Positions 49,499 to 63,642 of a stretch of 64,000 bases of DNA are shown here, piece by piece. A model generated the notes under the pieces. It had not been told where the DNA came from. It was given only the letters and a program-made list of their open reading frames with translations, and did not search any database. This DNA is from an uncultured delta proteobacterium (lineage in GTDB: Bacteria; Desulfobacterota; Desulfobacteria; Desulfobacterales; JAHEIW01). A program made the translations under genes and the position numbers. The stretch lies in NCBI GenBank assembly GCA_963706575.1, contig CAVPNL010000004.1:448001-512000 (forward strand), in the 5' to 3' direction. Each line of letters starts with the position of its first letter. Within the stretch, counting starts at the first letter, position 1.

Positions 49499-50929
49499 AT
49501 GCCCTTCCCTGCCAATAAAACCAAAATTGTCTGCACCATCGGGCCGGCTTCGGATTCTCCCGAAATTTTGGAAAAAATGATCCACGCGGGAATGAATGTG
49601 GCGCGCCTTAATTTTTCTCACAGTGATTTTGAGAGCCACGCGGATACCATCCAAAAAATCCGAGCCGCATCGAAGGTTACCAAAAGACGGGTGGCCATCA
49701 TGGCCGATCTACCCGGTCCCAAAATGCGAATCGGAGAACTTGAAGAGGAGCCCATTGAATTAGAACTCGATGATCCCTTCACCTTGACAACCGAAGATAT
49801 CATTGGCAATCAGACGCGTGTATCCGTTAGTTTCCCGCGTCTGCCCAAAGCGGTAAAACCGGAAGACAAGCTGTTTATAAACGATGGTCTGGTCGAACTT
49901 GAAGTCATAAAGGTAGATGGCAAAGACGTTCATTGTAAAGTTCTTGTCGGCGGTCGCCTGCGATCCCGCAAAGGACTGAATTTGCCAGGAATCGACCTCG
50001 GCATCAGTGCTTTTACAGACCGCGATCATGAATGCCTGAGGTTTGCTCTGGAACATGGCGTGAATGCTGTCAGCCAGTCGTTCGTTGAAACCGGCGAAGA
50101 TATCAAGGCTGTCCGCAAAGCCGCCACGGACCTTGGCCACGATCCGTTTATTATCGCCAAAATCGAGCGCATCGGGGCACGCAATCACATCGATGACATC
50201 CTTGACGCAGCCGACGGTATCATGATTGCCCGGGGTGATCTGGGGGTTGAAATTCCGATCGAAAAGATGGCCATTGCCCAGAAGCTGCTTATGCACAAGG
50301 CCAATCTGGTAGGTAAACCCGTCATTACCGCCACCCAGATGCTGGAGTCCATGAGCCACAGCCGCCGACCCACCCGGGCCGAGGCTACCGATGTGGCCAA
50401 TGCCATATTGGATGGCACCGATTGCGTCATGCTGTCCGGCGAATCCGCCATGGGCGAATATCCGGTGGATGCAACCGCCATGCTGACTAAAATTGCAGCG
50501 GCCATCGAACCGTATCGCAGCGTCAATCCCATCAAAGGGAAACTGGTATCGCGCCGGGAAGGCGATGACGTCCACCTTGAAGATTTGATCGCCTTAAGCG
50601 TTGAAACGACGCTCGAGCGCATCACGCCGCCGACAGTCATCGTGCCCACCCGCAGCGGGGCAACAGCCAGAAGCATTACACGCTTTAGACTGCCGGTGTG
50701 GATTACCGCATTCAGCCGCTATGAAAAAACATGTCAGGATCTGATGTTTTCCTACGGCGTCTTTCCGATCTGTGAGGTGGAACATCCGAATGATTGGAAA
50801 CAATGGGCCCGTAACTGGCTGCAGACCGTTGGAGAGGTGGGCAACCTGGTGGTGTTGACCGAAGGACCTTCAAAAAAACATCCCTATCGTAACAACCGCA
50901 TGGAGATACTTGATCTGAGTCGGACGTGA
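49499..50929 (+). CDS. pyk: Pyruvate kinase
   Basis: TKIVCTIGPAS, ARLNFSH, IIAKIE, MIARGDLGVE, ATQMLESM, MLSGESA; GAGGA RBS before ATG 49499. Confidence 0.97.
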   Translation: MPFPANKTKIVCTIGPASDSPEILEKMIHAGMNVARLNFSHSDFESHADTIQKIRAASKVTKRRVAIMADLPGPKMRIGELEEEPIELELDDPFTLTTEDIIGNQTRVSVSFPRLPKAVKPEDKLFINDGLVELEVIKVDGKDVHCKVLVGGRLRSRKGLNLPGIDLGISAFTDRDHECLRFALEHGVNAVSQSFVETGEDIKAVRKAATDLGHDPFIIAKIERIGARNHIDDILDAADGIMIARGDLGVEIPIEKMAIAQKLLMHKANLVGKPVITATQMLESMSHSRRPTRAEATDVANAILDGTDCVMLSGESAMGEYPVDATAMLTKIAAAIEPYRSVNPIKGKLVSRREGDDVHLEDLIALSVETTLERITPPTVIVPTRSGATARSITRFRLPVWITAFSRYEKTCQDLMFSYGVFPICEVEHPNDWKQWARNWLQTVGEVGNLVVLTEGPSKKHPYRNNRMEILDLSRT

Positions 50930-50951
50930 AAAAGCGCCTCCGGCTCTTTTT

Positions 50952-51083
50952 GTTGAATTGGTTTTATTGGTTATATTGGTTTTATTAGTGGCTGCTTCAG
51001 AAAAGTTGATATTTGTTTGATTCGTGGCTGGAAGCCACTCCCACATCCAATTGTTAACAGTGGGAGCGGCATTTTGCCGCGAT
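50952..51083. repeat. Single GTTTTATTG 9-mer arm followed by a GTGGGAG-type REP doublet
   Basis: gttgaattg gttttattg gttatattg gttttatta (50952-50987); tcgtggctggaagccactcccaca and gtgggagcggcattttgccgcga (51022-51082). Confidence 0.8.
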
Positions 51084-51107
51084 ATCAAAACAGAATGAGA
51101 GAAAGAT

Positions 51108-52451
51108 ATGGGCTCAAATATCGGAAAGATGCGCGAACACGCCTTGCAGATTTTTCAGGCCGGATTGCAGGCCGTCGATCCGTTGGAAGCCATCATTCGC
51201 CATGTAACATTGAACGATAATGTGCTTCGCATCAGCGACCGGCAGTTCAATCTTAAAGATTATGATCGAATTCTAGTCGTCGGCGCCGGAAAGGCTGTCG
51301 CGCCCATGGCCAAGGCATTGGAAGATCTTCTGGGAAATCGTATTTCCGACGGTGTGATGGTTGTCAAAGATGAACATGGCTTGCCTTTAAAAAAAATAAA
51401 GGTCCGCGAAGCCAGTCATCCGGTCCCTGACGAGCGCGGCGTAAAGGGTACGGAGGAAATCCTCTCCCTGGTTGAAACAGCCGGTAAGCGCGACCTGGTC
51501 ATATGTTTGATCTCCGGTGGAGGATCGGCGCTTTTAATCGCTCCGGTCCATGACATATCGCTTGAAGATAAACAAAATGCCACAAAGCTTTTATTGGCCT
51601 GCGGTGCAACGATCCATGAATTCAACACCGTTCGCAAACATCTCTCCCGGGCCAAAGGCGGCAGACTGGCACAGATGGCCTATCCGGCTACGGTTACCAG
51701 CCTAATCCTATCAGATGTGGTGGGGGATGATCTGGATGTCATTGCATCCGGTCCGACGGTTCCCGACTCCAGCACGTTTAACGACGCCGAGCGGATCCTT
51801 AAAGACTATGGCATCTGGGATCAGCTGGCACCCACTGTCCGCAATCATCTCGAAAAAGGGGCTTCCGGCCAAATAGAGGATACACCGAAATCAGATAATG
51901 CGGTCTTTCAACAATGTTCCCAGGTGCTGGTGGGAACCAATCTTCAAGCATTGAAGGCTGCCGGCCAGGAAGCACAGCGGCTCGGATATCACCCGTTAAT
52001 TCTTTCTTCCAAAGTAGAAGGAGAGGCCCGTGAGGTGGCAAAGTTTTATACGGCCATTGCCAAGGAAGCCCTCAGTTCGCAGAATCCATTAAAACCTCCG
52101 GTATGTGTACTTGCCGGAGGTGAGACCACCGTGACGCTCACCGGAGAAGGGCGTGGCGGCCGTAATCAGGAATTTGCCCTAGCGGCGGCCCTGACAATAG
52201 CGGGTTTAGACAATACCGTCGTTTTGAGCGGCGGTACGGACGGAACCGACGGCCCGACGGATGCCGCCGGAGCGATTGCCGACGGCACTACGGTGGCGCG
52301 GGCGCTTGAAAAAGGCCTGGATCCGAAAGATTTTCTGAGACGTAATGATTCCTATAACCTCTTTCAAAAACTGGAAGACCTGCTAATGACCGGGCCCACC
52401 CGCACAAATGTGATGGATATGTATATGCTGCTGGTCGGCAGCGCCAAGTGA
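51108..52451 (+). CDS. Glycerate kinase (MOFRL / glycerate 2-kinase type)
   Basis: [53 protein letters not shown]. Confidence 0.93.
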   Translation: MGSNIGKMREHALQIFQAGLQAVDPLEAIIRHVTLNDNVLRISDRQFNLKDYDRILVVGAGKAVAPMAKALEDLLGNRISDGVMVVKDEHGLPLKKIKVREASHPVPDERGVKGTEEILSLVETAGKRDLVICLISGGGSALLIAPVHDISLEDKQNATKLLLACGATIHEFNTVRKHLSRAKGGRLAQMAYPATVTSLILSDVVGDDLDVIASGPTVPDSSTFNDAERILKDYGIWDQLAPTVRNHLEKGASGQIEDTPKSDNAVFQQCSQVLVGTNLQALKAAGQEAQRLGYHPLILSSKVEGEAREVAKFYTAIAKEALSSQNPLKPPVCVLAGGETTVTLTGEGRGGRNQEFALAAALTIAGLDNTVVLSGGTDGTDGPTDAAGAIADGTTVARALEKGLDPKDFLRRNDSYNLFQKLEDLLMTGPTRTNVMDMYMLLVGSAK

Positions 52452-52516
52452 TTTCGGATTTTGGAATTAAAAATAAGTGTCAAGACCAGAGTGTGGGTCC
52501 GACAGGGAGATCTGAT

Positions 52517-54184
52517 ATGTTAAATAAAAAGAATCCGACGACAACAAAAAGCTGGCAAAACCTCTACCGCCATTACGAAAAAACGAAAAATCTTCACATG
52601 CGCGCCCTCTTCGCCGAAGACCCCCAGCGGTTTGATAAATTTTCCATTCGCTTTAACGATTTGCTTGTCGATTATTCTAAGAACAGGATCACGCAAGAAA
52701 CCCTTAAGAGCTTAATTGAATTGGCCGAAGAATGCGACCTAAAAAATGCGATTGAAAATATGTTCAGCGGAGCAAAGATTAACGAAACTGAAAATCGCGC
52801 GGTGCTGCATATTGCCTTGCGCAACAGAGCCAACACCCCGATTGTGGTCGACGGCCAGGATGTCATGCCGGAAGTCACCAGAGTTTTAGATCAGATGGAA
52901 GATTTTTCCACCCGGGTGATCTCGGGAGATTGGCAGGGACATACCGGCAAAAAAATCAGCGACATCGTCAATATCGGTATCGGCGGATCGGACCTGGGCC
53001 CGGTCATGGTCACCGAGGCTTTAAGGCCTTACGCCAAAAAAGGCTTGCGCGTTCATTATGTTTCCAACATCGACGGTACCCACCTGACGGAAACATTAAA
53101 GCAGTTGAAGCCGGAAACCACCCTGTTTATGATTGCCTCCAAAACCTTTACCACCCAGGAGACTATGACCAATGCATTTTCGGCCAGAGAGTGGTTTTTA
53201 GAGGTGGCCAAGGACCCGCTGCATGTGGCCCGCCATTTTGTTGCGATTTCAACCAACGCGGAAGCGGTCGAGAAATTCGGCATTGATAAAGACAACATGT
53301 TTGTTTTCTGGGATTGGGTGGGCGGCCGCTATTCTCTGTGGTCGGCCATTGGCTTATCGATCGCCTGCTATATCGGATATGAAAACTTCGTTGAACTGTT
53401 GCAGGGCGCTTTTGAAATGGATCAACATTTTAAAACAGCGCCATTTGATAAAAACATCCCGGTGTTACTGGCCTTAATCGGCATCTGTTATAATAATTTT
53501 CACGGAGCCCAGACGGAGGCCATTCTTCCCTATGATCAGTACCTGCATCGATTCCCGGCCTATTTCCAGCAGGGCAACATGGAAAGCAACGGCAAATCAG
53601 TAGATCGCAATGGTGATAAAATCGATTATCAGACCGGACCCGTCATCTGGGGTGAGCCGGGAACCAACGGCCAGCATGCCTTTTATCAACTCATTCACCA
53701 GGGCACAAAATTAATTCCGGCCGATTTTTTGGCAGCGGCAATCAGCCACAATCCCATCGGGGAGCATCATCAGATTTTATTATCGAACTTCTTCGCCCAG
53801 ACCGAAGCGCTGTTAAATGGCAAGACCCAAAAGCAAGTGATTGCAGAATTGAAAAAGGAGGGAAAAACCGATAAGGAGATTCAAAAACTGCTGCCCCACA
53901 AAATGTTTGACGGTAATCGCCCGACCAACTCTATTCTTTTTAAAAAACTGACCCCCGGAGTCCTGGGAAGTTTAATTGCCATGTACGAGCATAAAATTTT
54001 TGTCCAGGGGGTGATCTGGAACATTTTCAGCTTTGATCAATGGGGTGTCGAGCTCGGCAAACAGCTGGCCACCAAAATATTGCCCGAGTTGGTAGATGAT
54101 AAACCGGTGGATACTCATGATGGTTCAACAAATGGGTTGATTAACACTTACAAAAAGATGAGAAGCGAGAACCCATCTCAATAA
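52517..54184 (+). CDS. pgi: Glucose-6-phosphate isomerase
   Basis: [55 protein letters not shown]. Confidence 0.98.
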   Translation: MLNKKNPTTTKSWQNLYRHYEKTKNLHMRALFAEDPQRFDKFSIRFNDLLVDYSKNRITQETLKSLIELAEECDLKNAIENMFSGAKINETENRAVLHIALRNRANTPIVVDGQDVMPEVTRVLDQMEDFSTRVISGDWQGHTGKKISDIVNIGIGGSDLGPVMVTEALRPYAKKGLRVHYVSNIDGTHLTETLKQLKPETTLFMIASKTFTTQETMTNAFSAREWFLEVAKDPLHVARHFVAISTNAEAVEKFGIDKDNMFVFWDWVGGRYSLWSAIGLSIACYIGYENFVELLQGAFEMDQHFKTAPFDKNIPVLLALIGICYNNFHGAQTEAILPYDQYLHRFPAYFQQGNMESNGKSVDRNGDKIDYQTGPVIWGEPGTNGQHAFYQLIHQGTKLIPADFLAAAISHNPIGEHHQILLSNFFAQTEALLNGKTQKQVIAELKKEGKTDKEIQKLLPHKMFDGNRPTNSILFKKLTPGVLGSLIAMYEHKIFVQGVIWNIFSFDQWGVELGKQLATKILPELVDDKPVDTHDGSTNGLINTYKKMRSENPSQ

Positions 54185-54240
54185 TTGTATTTTTTCTTCA
54201 AAGACAGAGAATAAAAGTTCCAACGACGCTCTAAAGTCAG

Positions 54241-54372
54241 AAGTGCCTAAAATGACTAAAATGAGCTAAAATGCCTAAAGTTAAGGTTTCGCTGCGCTCC
54301 ATCTTTTATTATAAATATGATAGAATTCCTCAATTTTAGGCATTTTAGATCATTTTAAATTTTAGCTCACTT
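54241..54372. repeat. Inverted TAAAATGCC/GGCATTTTA array pair, empty
   Basis: aagtgcc taaaatgac taaaatgagc taaaatgcc taaagtt (54241-54282) and aattttaggcattttagatcattttaaattttagctcactt (54332-54372). Confidence 0.88.
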
Positions 54373-54500
54373 GTTGTCATAAGCACTTTTTATAGGTTTA
54401 GAACTTTACCAGCGGGCGTTCGTCCGCCAACGGATTGAGATAGACTATAGTCTGTTTGATGCCAAAATAAATAATTCAACCACAAAGTTGTAAAGAAAGG

Positions 54501-55340
54501 ATGATGATGAAAATTAGGATGAAAAAATGGACGTTTGTATTTGTAGCCCTGCTGCTGTTATTAGGTGGATGTGCTCAGATGAATAGCAACACGGCCAATG
54601 CCTCGGCTTCGCCGGTCCTCGATCGCATCGTGCAGCGAGGAGAGCTTGTAGTCGGCATGGCGGGCAACATGCCGCCAATGAACATGACCAGCAAAGAGGG
54701 TGAATTGATCGGGTATGAAGTCGATCTGGCCAGGGCCATGGCAAAGGCCATGGGGGTCAAGGCCAAAATGGCGGTTATGCCTTTTTCCGAACTGCTGCCG
54801 GCGTTACAGTCGGGAAAAATCGACCTCATTCTGTCGAATATGACCATTACCCCAGGGCGCAACCTGAAAGTGGCATTTGTGGGGCCTTACTTTACTTCCG
54901 GCAAAGCGTTCCTCACCAAAATCAAAACGATTGCCATGGCGGAAGAACCGGGAGATATCGACGCCAAAAAAACCAAACTGGTAGCGCTTAAAGGCTCCAC
55001 CAGCCAGGCATTTGTCGAAGAAGCCATCCCGGATGCCACCCTGGTTAGCGCCAATGACTACGATGAGGCCGTAAAGATGGTGCTCGAGGATAAAGTGCAC
55101 GCCATGGTGGCGGATTACCCGATCTGCGTCGTGTCCGTTTTTCGCTACCCGAACCAGGGGTTGTTATCTGTGGTTACGACGCTGACCTATGAGCCCATCG
55201 GTGTGGGGGTGCCGGCGGGTGATCCGTTGCTGGTCAACTGGGTAGAAAATTTTATGGGGATCGCCGAGGAAACCGGCTTGTTGGAGGAACTAAACGGGAA
55301 ATGGCTTCTGCAGGCGGACTGGCTGCATCGGCTGCCTTAA
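54501..55340 (+). CDS. Polar amino-acid-type substrate-binding lipoprotein (SBP family 3), orphan
   Basis: Lipobox LGGC, GYEVDLA, LPALQSGKID, MTITPGR, FVGPYF. Confidence 0.9.
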   Translation: MMMKIRMKKWTFVFVALLLLLGGCAQMNSNTANASASPVLDRIVQRGELVVGMAGNMPPMNMTSKEGELIGYEVDLARAMAKAMGVKAKMAVMPFSELLPALQSGKIDLILSNMTITPGRNLKVAFVGPYFTSGKAFLTKIKTIAMAEEPGDIDAKKTKLVALKGSTSQAFVEEAIPDATLVSANDYDEAVKMVLEDKVHAMVADYPICVVSVFRYPNQGLLSVVTTLTYEPIGVGVPAGDPLLVNWVENFMGIAEETGLLEELNGKWLLQADWLHRLP

Positions 55341-55382
55341 TCCGGTTTTTAAAAAAACCGGATAGTTATTCGTGTATGAAAA

Positions 55383-55432
55383 AAAGCGGGATGATCTGCC
55401 CGTATCTGTTGTGGGGCAAAATCATCCCGCTT
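55383..55432. terminator. Bidirectional terminator hairpin
   Basis: aaagcgggatgat...atcatcccgcttt between convergent genes. Confidence 0.7.
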
Positions 55433-55485
55433 TCTTTCAGTAAGCCACATTTAGCAATCCAAAATCTAAATTCTAAATTCCAAAA

Positions 55486-56001
55486 TCATTGAGCGCCCAC
55501 AAATACCCCGTTTTTAAATTCGCCGCTAACCTTTTTGCCGTCCGGATAGGTCATGGTTCCCTGACCGGTGCGTTCACCGAATTTAAAATCGCCCTCGTAC
55601 TTGCGGCCGTCCGGATAAAACAGAGTGCCCTTTCCGTGGCGCTGGTCGCTTTTAAATTCACCGATGTAACGGCGGCCGTCCGGGTATGTCAAATCACCCT
55701 GGCCGTTGCGCTCGCGATACTTCCACTGACCGGCATATCTGGTGCCGTCCGGCATGGTATAGGTGCCTTCCACAATTTCGTTTTCTTTCCAAACGCCGAC
55801 GAGTTTGCGGCCGCCGGGCAAAATAAAAACCCCATCTCCGTGGCGCAAGCCGTCCTTGAAATTGCCGATAAACTTTTGACCGGTGCTAAAAACCATGGTC
55901 CCATAACCGTTGACGCAATCACCCTCGATACACTCATCGGCATGAACGCCAAGCGGAGCGATGAAAATCAATATAAAAACCGCGATGAAAAATAGTCTCA
56001 T
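55486..56001 (-). CDS. Exported MORN repeat protein
   Basis: Signal peptide, CIEGDCVNGYG, repeated YxGxFK..xRHGxG units. Confidence 0.92.
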   Translation of the reverse strand: MRLFFIAVFILIFIAPLGVHADECIEGDCVNGYGTMVFSTGQKFIGNFKDGLRHGDGVFILPGGRKLVGVWKENEIVEGTYTMPDGTRYAGQWKYRERNGQGDLTYPDGRRYIGEFKSDQRHGKGTLFYPDGRKYEGDFKFGERTGQGTMTYPDGKKVSGEFKNGVFVGAQ

Positions 56002-56073
56002 CTTCTCTGTCCCTTATTGTGTTTATATCAAAAAAACTGCTGAAGCTAACGTCTTTAGACATGGTCCTTGCCA

Positions 56074-56751
56074 TTATTGCTTTGACTTTCTTGACACGTA
56101 CATGCCGACAAACCAGGCGACCACCACGACCAGGTATATTTGCCCTGTTATCGCTTCCAGAACCGCCAGTGATATGGCCTGGCTCCCGACAGGTGTAATG
56201 TCGCCGTAACCTAAAGTGGTAATGGTTACAAGGCTGAAATATAAATAAATATTTTCTGCATCCAGGAGTTTAGCATGCGCAATTGCAAAAGATGCGGGGT
56301 AGAGTATCGCTATTAACCTATAAATAAAAGTCCACATCAGCGCAATGAGCAGATATACGACGACCGCAGCAGATAGGGTTTGTCTGGTAACCACCAGGTG
56401 TGAAAAAACATATTTCAAAATCAAAATAACTGCAAAAGCAAAGAGAATCAAGCCACAGATGTAGCCGATTGTGATATAGGTATTGCTTATGGCAATTTCC
56501 TTGGACCACAATGCAAAAAGCGCCGGTATAACCAAGATTACAGCAATTATTATGTGACTTCTTTTTTGAGAGGCAGCATAAATCGTGGAAATAAAAATGA
56601 TGGAAAAAAACAGGTTCGCGGATAACTTTAGCCTTATGAAGCCCTCTATGAAAGGGACAAGCACGATCAGCGCCACCATCAGAACGGTCAGCAAGAGAAA
56701 CCTATCTTTGTAACACGCTTTCGCAAAAGACAAAAAAAATTTATCTCTCAT
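56074..56751 (-). CDS. Potassium channel family (Ion_trans_2) membrane protein
   Basis: YFSLVTITTLGYGDITP selectivity-filter motif; multiple TM segments. Confidence 0.9.
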   Translation of the reverse strand: MRDKFFLSFAKACYKDRFLLLTVLMVALIVLVPFIEGFIRLKLSANLFFSIIFISTIYAASQKRSHIIIAVILVIPALFALWSKEIAISNTYITIGYICGLILFAFAVILILKYVFSHLVVTRQTLSAAVVVYLLIALMWTFIYRLIAILYPASFAIAHAKLLDAENIYLYFSLVTITTLGYGDITPVGSQAISLAVLEAITGQIYLVVVVAWFVGMYVSRKSKQ

Positions 56752-56802
56752 GAGCCTACCCTTTACCTACTGTCTGGAGCGAGCAGATCGCTTCTACTTT
56801 TT

Positions 56803-57648
56803 CTACAACGCCGCTAAAGAAGACTTTGAACCGTTGGCCTCAGCGTAAGCATTATTTATACCGCTTTTCATAATTTTATTCCGAATTAAGGAAACGCGGC
56901 ATAAGTGGCTGTAGAAAAAAACGTTCGAATACCGGAACGTTTTTTTGACAATCACTATACGTGGCCAACGTACCGCATTTAAAGAAGTAAGGTAGCAGTA
57001 TTTATTCATATTGGCAAAAACAATTTTGGATCTTCGACCCCCTCCGTGCTTTTGTTCGATCTGCTCTATTTTCTGTTTCAACATTTCGATTACCTGATCC
57101 GGGGTTTCCTTACGAAGTATGGACTGAAATTGAGCGCGATAATTTCTCACAGCGCTGATCCCCAGAACCTGGATATCGTAAACCTTCCATGAACCCCTAC
57201 GCTTGATCATCCGAAGGTCAACCGGAATTTTTTGGCCTTTCCAGACGACTTTGATGTTCACCAGCGCCCGTGTGGCGGATATCATCTCCTGGCCGACATA
57301 AATCAGTTTTTCGTCTTTGTATTTTTCCTGTAATTTACCCATATAAAACTTGCCTAAAAACTCGGCAAACACCCTGACAAACTCTTTTCTTTGTGACGGG
57401 GAAAAATTTTTCCAGTTTGAAGCCAGCACCTTTTTGGAAAAGATTCGAAAATCAAATAGCTGCTCTAAAATAATGCGGAGCTCTTGCTGCTGCGCTTCTT
57501 TACGCTCCGCGTCACTGAAATCAGGGTCCTTTAAAATTCGGAATCCCGCTTCGACGCCTTTCTGCAGCGCTTCGATCGGCTGGTCCCCGTCCGCCAAAGC
57601 CGGAATCGCAGCCAATATCAAAAGGCAACCCATTAGAATATTTCGCAT
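56803..57648 (-). CDS. Second MlaC/Ttg2D-like periplasmic protein with an atypical C-terminal extension
   Basis: WKNFSPSQRKEF and WKVYDIQVLGISAVRNYRAQF match the mlaC pattern. Confidence 0.82.
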   Translation of the reverse strand: MRNILMGCLLILAAIPALADGDQPIEALQKGVEAGFRILKDPDFSDAERKEAQQQELRIILEQLFDFRIFSKKVLASNWKNFSPSQRKEFVRVFAEFLGKFYMGKLQEKYKDEKLIYVGQEMISATRALVNIKVVWKGQKIPVDLRMIKRRGSWKVYDIQVLGISAVRNYRAQFQSILRKETPDQVIEMLKQKIEQIEQKHGGGRRSKIVFANMNKYCYLTSLNAVRWPRIVIVKKTFRYSNVFFYSHLCRVSLIRNKIMKSGINNAYAEANGSKSSLAAL

Positions 57649-57975
57649 TGCACAAACCCATCTGATGATTAGGTTCTAGATGTTACCCCTGAGGGTGATT
57701 GTAAACCATAAATAAGGACAAGCTCATGAGCAAAAAAATATCAGAAAAAGAAAGCATTTGTCTTGAAAGATGCTATTTTTTTGCTGAAAATTGCCGGCAA
57801 AAAGAGGATGGCACCTGGGACTGTAAATCAGGCCCCCAGTACTGTGAAGAGCACTGTCACGGCAAATCATAGCAAACACAACCCAATAGATTACCTGGCT
57901 GCCTTTAGACGGGCATAACGGGCAACAGAATTTTACAATTCCGCATAAGCCATTGTGCTAGATCATAAAGGAAAC

Positions 57976-58005
57976 AAAGGCCGTTTGATTTCTCAAACGG
58001 CCTTT
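57976..58005 (-). terminator. Terminator hairpin after por
   Basis: aaaggccgtttga-tttc-tcaaacggccttt. Confidence 0.75.
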
Positions 58006-58031
58006 TCGATTTAGCAGCATACGAAGCGCTA

Positions 58032-61601
<3,570 letters not shown>

Positions 61602-61606
61602 TTATC

Positions 61607-61735
61607 TGTTGCGCGCTGCAGGATCCGCGTTGCGAGTTTCGGGTTACGCGTTACGAGTTAAAAAAGAAATATCGATTTAAAACACCGGACGCGCAACACG
61701 AAACACGGAACCCGCAACGCGGATCCTGTAACACA
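61607..61735. repeat. Inverted CGTTGCG/CGCAACG heptamer pair, empty
   Basis: tgttgcg cgctgca ggatccg cgttgcg agtttcg ggttacg cgttacg agtt and aacaccg gacgcgc aacacga aacacgg aacccgc aacgcgg atcctgt aac. Confidence 0.88.
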
Positions 61736-61737
61736 CT

Positions 61738-63351
61738 TTAATTTAGAAGTTTTTCGAAGAAGTCATTGCCTTTGTCATCAACGATGATAAAGGCTGGAAA
61801 GTCCTTTACGGCTATCATAAAAACCGCTTCCATGCCAAGCTCTTCATATTCGATGGTCTCAACGCTGGTGATGCATTCCTTGCCGAGCCTGGCTGCCGGC
61901 CCGCCGATACAGCCCAGATAGAATCCGCCAAATTTTTTACAGGATTCGGTGACCGCCCGCGATCGGTTTCCTTTTGCCAGCATGATCATCGAGCCCCCCT
62001 GGGCTTGAAAGATCGGCACATAGGGATCCATGCGGCCGGCAGTGGTCGGCCCGAACGAGCCCGACGCATATCCGGGCGGTGTTTTGGCCGGCCCGGCATA
62101 ATAGATGATGTGGTTTTTAAAATAATCCGGAAGCGATTCTCCGCGATCCAGGCGCTCTTTTATGTTGGCATGGGCAATATCTCTGGCGACCACAATTTTT
62201 CCGGTCAGCAGCAAGGGGGTCGCGACCGGAAACGCTTTCAACTGCGCCAGGATCTGATCCATGGGCCGATTTAAATCAACGCGCACCGCATCCGTATCCG
62301 AGACATCGACCTGCGGTAAATATTGGGCCGGGTTGGTATCCAGCTGTTCTAAAAAAATACCCTTGGAGGTGATTTTAGCCTTGATATTGCGGTCGGCACT
62401 GCAACTGACCCCCACCCCGATGGGACAGGAACCGCCGTGACGGGGTAATCGGATCACCCGGACATCCAGACAGAAATATTTCCCGCCGAACTGAGCACCA
62501 ATACCCAGCTCCGCCGACATTTTAAGCACCCGTTCTTCCAGTTCAAGGTCCCGAAATGCATGTCCCGATTCGCCGCCTTTTGTCGGCAGGCTGTCCAGAT
62601 ACCTGGCGCTGGCCAGTTTAACTGTTTTCAGATTGATTTCGGCAGAAGTTCCGCCGATAACAAATGCCAGATGATACGGCGGGCAGGCAGCGGTTCCGAG
62701 CGATTTCATTTTGTCCTTCATAAAATCCATCAGCCGCTGCGGTGTCAATACCGCTTTGGTTTCCTGATAAAGATAAGTCTTATTGGCGGATCCGCCGCCT
62801 TTGGCCAAAAACAAAAAATGATATTCATCTCCCTGTACCGCGTACAGTTCGAACTGGGCCGGCAGGTTGCAGCCGGTGTTTTTTTCTTCGTAGGTGGTCA
62901 GAGCGGCATTCTGAGAGTAGCGCAGATTGCCCTGGGTGTACGCGTTAAAGATGCCTTTTGAAAGCGCTTCCTCGTCCGAATAACCGGTCCAGACGCTCTG
63001 GCCTTTTTTGCCGATAACGATCGCCGTTCCGGTATCCTGGCACATGGGAAACTCGCCTTCGGCGGCAATCACCGCATTTTTTAAAAGCTCCAGGGCAACG
63101 GCTTTATCATTCGCAGAACCCTCCGGATCATCGAATATGGCCGCCAATTGCTTTAAATGCGAGGTGCGTAAAAAATGGGATACGTCGCGAAAAGCCTGTT
63201 CGGCCAAAAGTGTTAACCCTTCCGGGGCCACCCGCAAGAGCCGGGTTCCGTCAACCTCGACCGGAGATATATGATCCGTTGTCAGCAGGCGATATTCGGT
63301 GGGATCATCTTTCAGGGGAAACATTTCGTGGTAGGTAAAATCGACCATCAA
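61738..63351 (-). CDS. fumA: Class I fumarate hydratase
   Basis: [39 protein letters not shown]. Confidence 0.95.
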   Translation of the reverse strand: MMVDFTYHEMFPLKDDPTEYRLLTTDHISPVEVDGTRLLRVAPEGLTLLAEQAFRDVSHFLRTSHLKQLAAIFDDPEGSANDKAVALELLKNAVIAAEGEFPMCQDTGTAIVIGKKGQSVWTGYSDEEALSKGIFNAYTQGNLRYSQNAALTTYEEKNTGCNLPAQFELYAVQGDEYHFLFLAKGGGSANKTYLYQETKAVLTPQRLMDFMKDKMKSLGTAACPPYHLAFVIGGTSAEINLKTVKLASARYLDSLPTKGGESGHAFRDLELEERVLKMSAELGIGAQFGGKYFCLDVRVIRLPRHGGSCPIGVGVSCSADRNIKAKITSKGIFLEQLDTNPAQYLPQVDVSDTDAVRVDLNRPMDQILAQLKAFPVATPLLLTGKIVVARDIAHANIKERLDRGESLPDYFKNHIIYYAGPAKTPPGYASGSFGPTTAGRMDPYVPIFQAQGGSMIMLAKGNRSRAVTESCKKFGGFYLGCIGGPAARLGKECITSVETIEYEELGMEAVFMIAVKDFPAFIIVDDKGNDFFEKLLN

Positions 63352-63379
63352 ACAATGCTCCTGTGCAACATCCGGAGTT

Positions 63380-63412
63380 TTGGGCCAAAAGATATTTTTG
63401 AGATGAGTTCTA
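63380..63412. mobile_element. Right-end remnant of the 7433-7582 MITE family
   Basis: ttgggccaaaagatatttttgagatgagttcta compared with ttgggccaaaagacatttttgaggtgggttcca at 7548-7580. Confidence 0.8.
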
Positions 63413-63642
63413 ATTAAAGGGGTTTAAGTATCAGCCGGCAGTCAAACTGTCAAGGTATTTAGATTTATCTGCGACCGGATCGATCAGAGAAAAGGGGATT
63501 CAAAGTGCCAAAATCCCCAAATGAAAATCCCGCCGGTAAAAGGCGGGATTCGAGTTGGGGGTACTGTGGCTTTCTGACTCCATGTTCTGGGTCGTATTAC
63601 TTCCGCAAGGGCAATATTCTCATAAAAGCTTGGATTCTGTCA

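Noticed and set aside
55489..55995. 168-aa plus-strand ORF and other long antisense ORFs (e.g. 26204-26932, 32776-33441, 49760-50575)
   Set aside because: Antisense shadows of well-supported genes, with no motifs of their own.
57700..57960. Possible riboswitch or sRNA upstream of the MlaC paralogue
   Set aside because: No recognisable aptamer consensus on either strand; an Rfam search would be needed.
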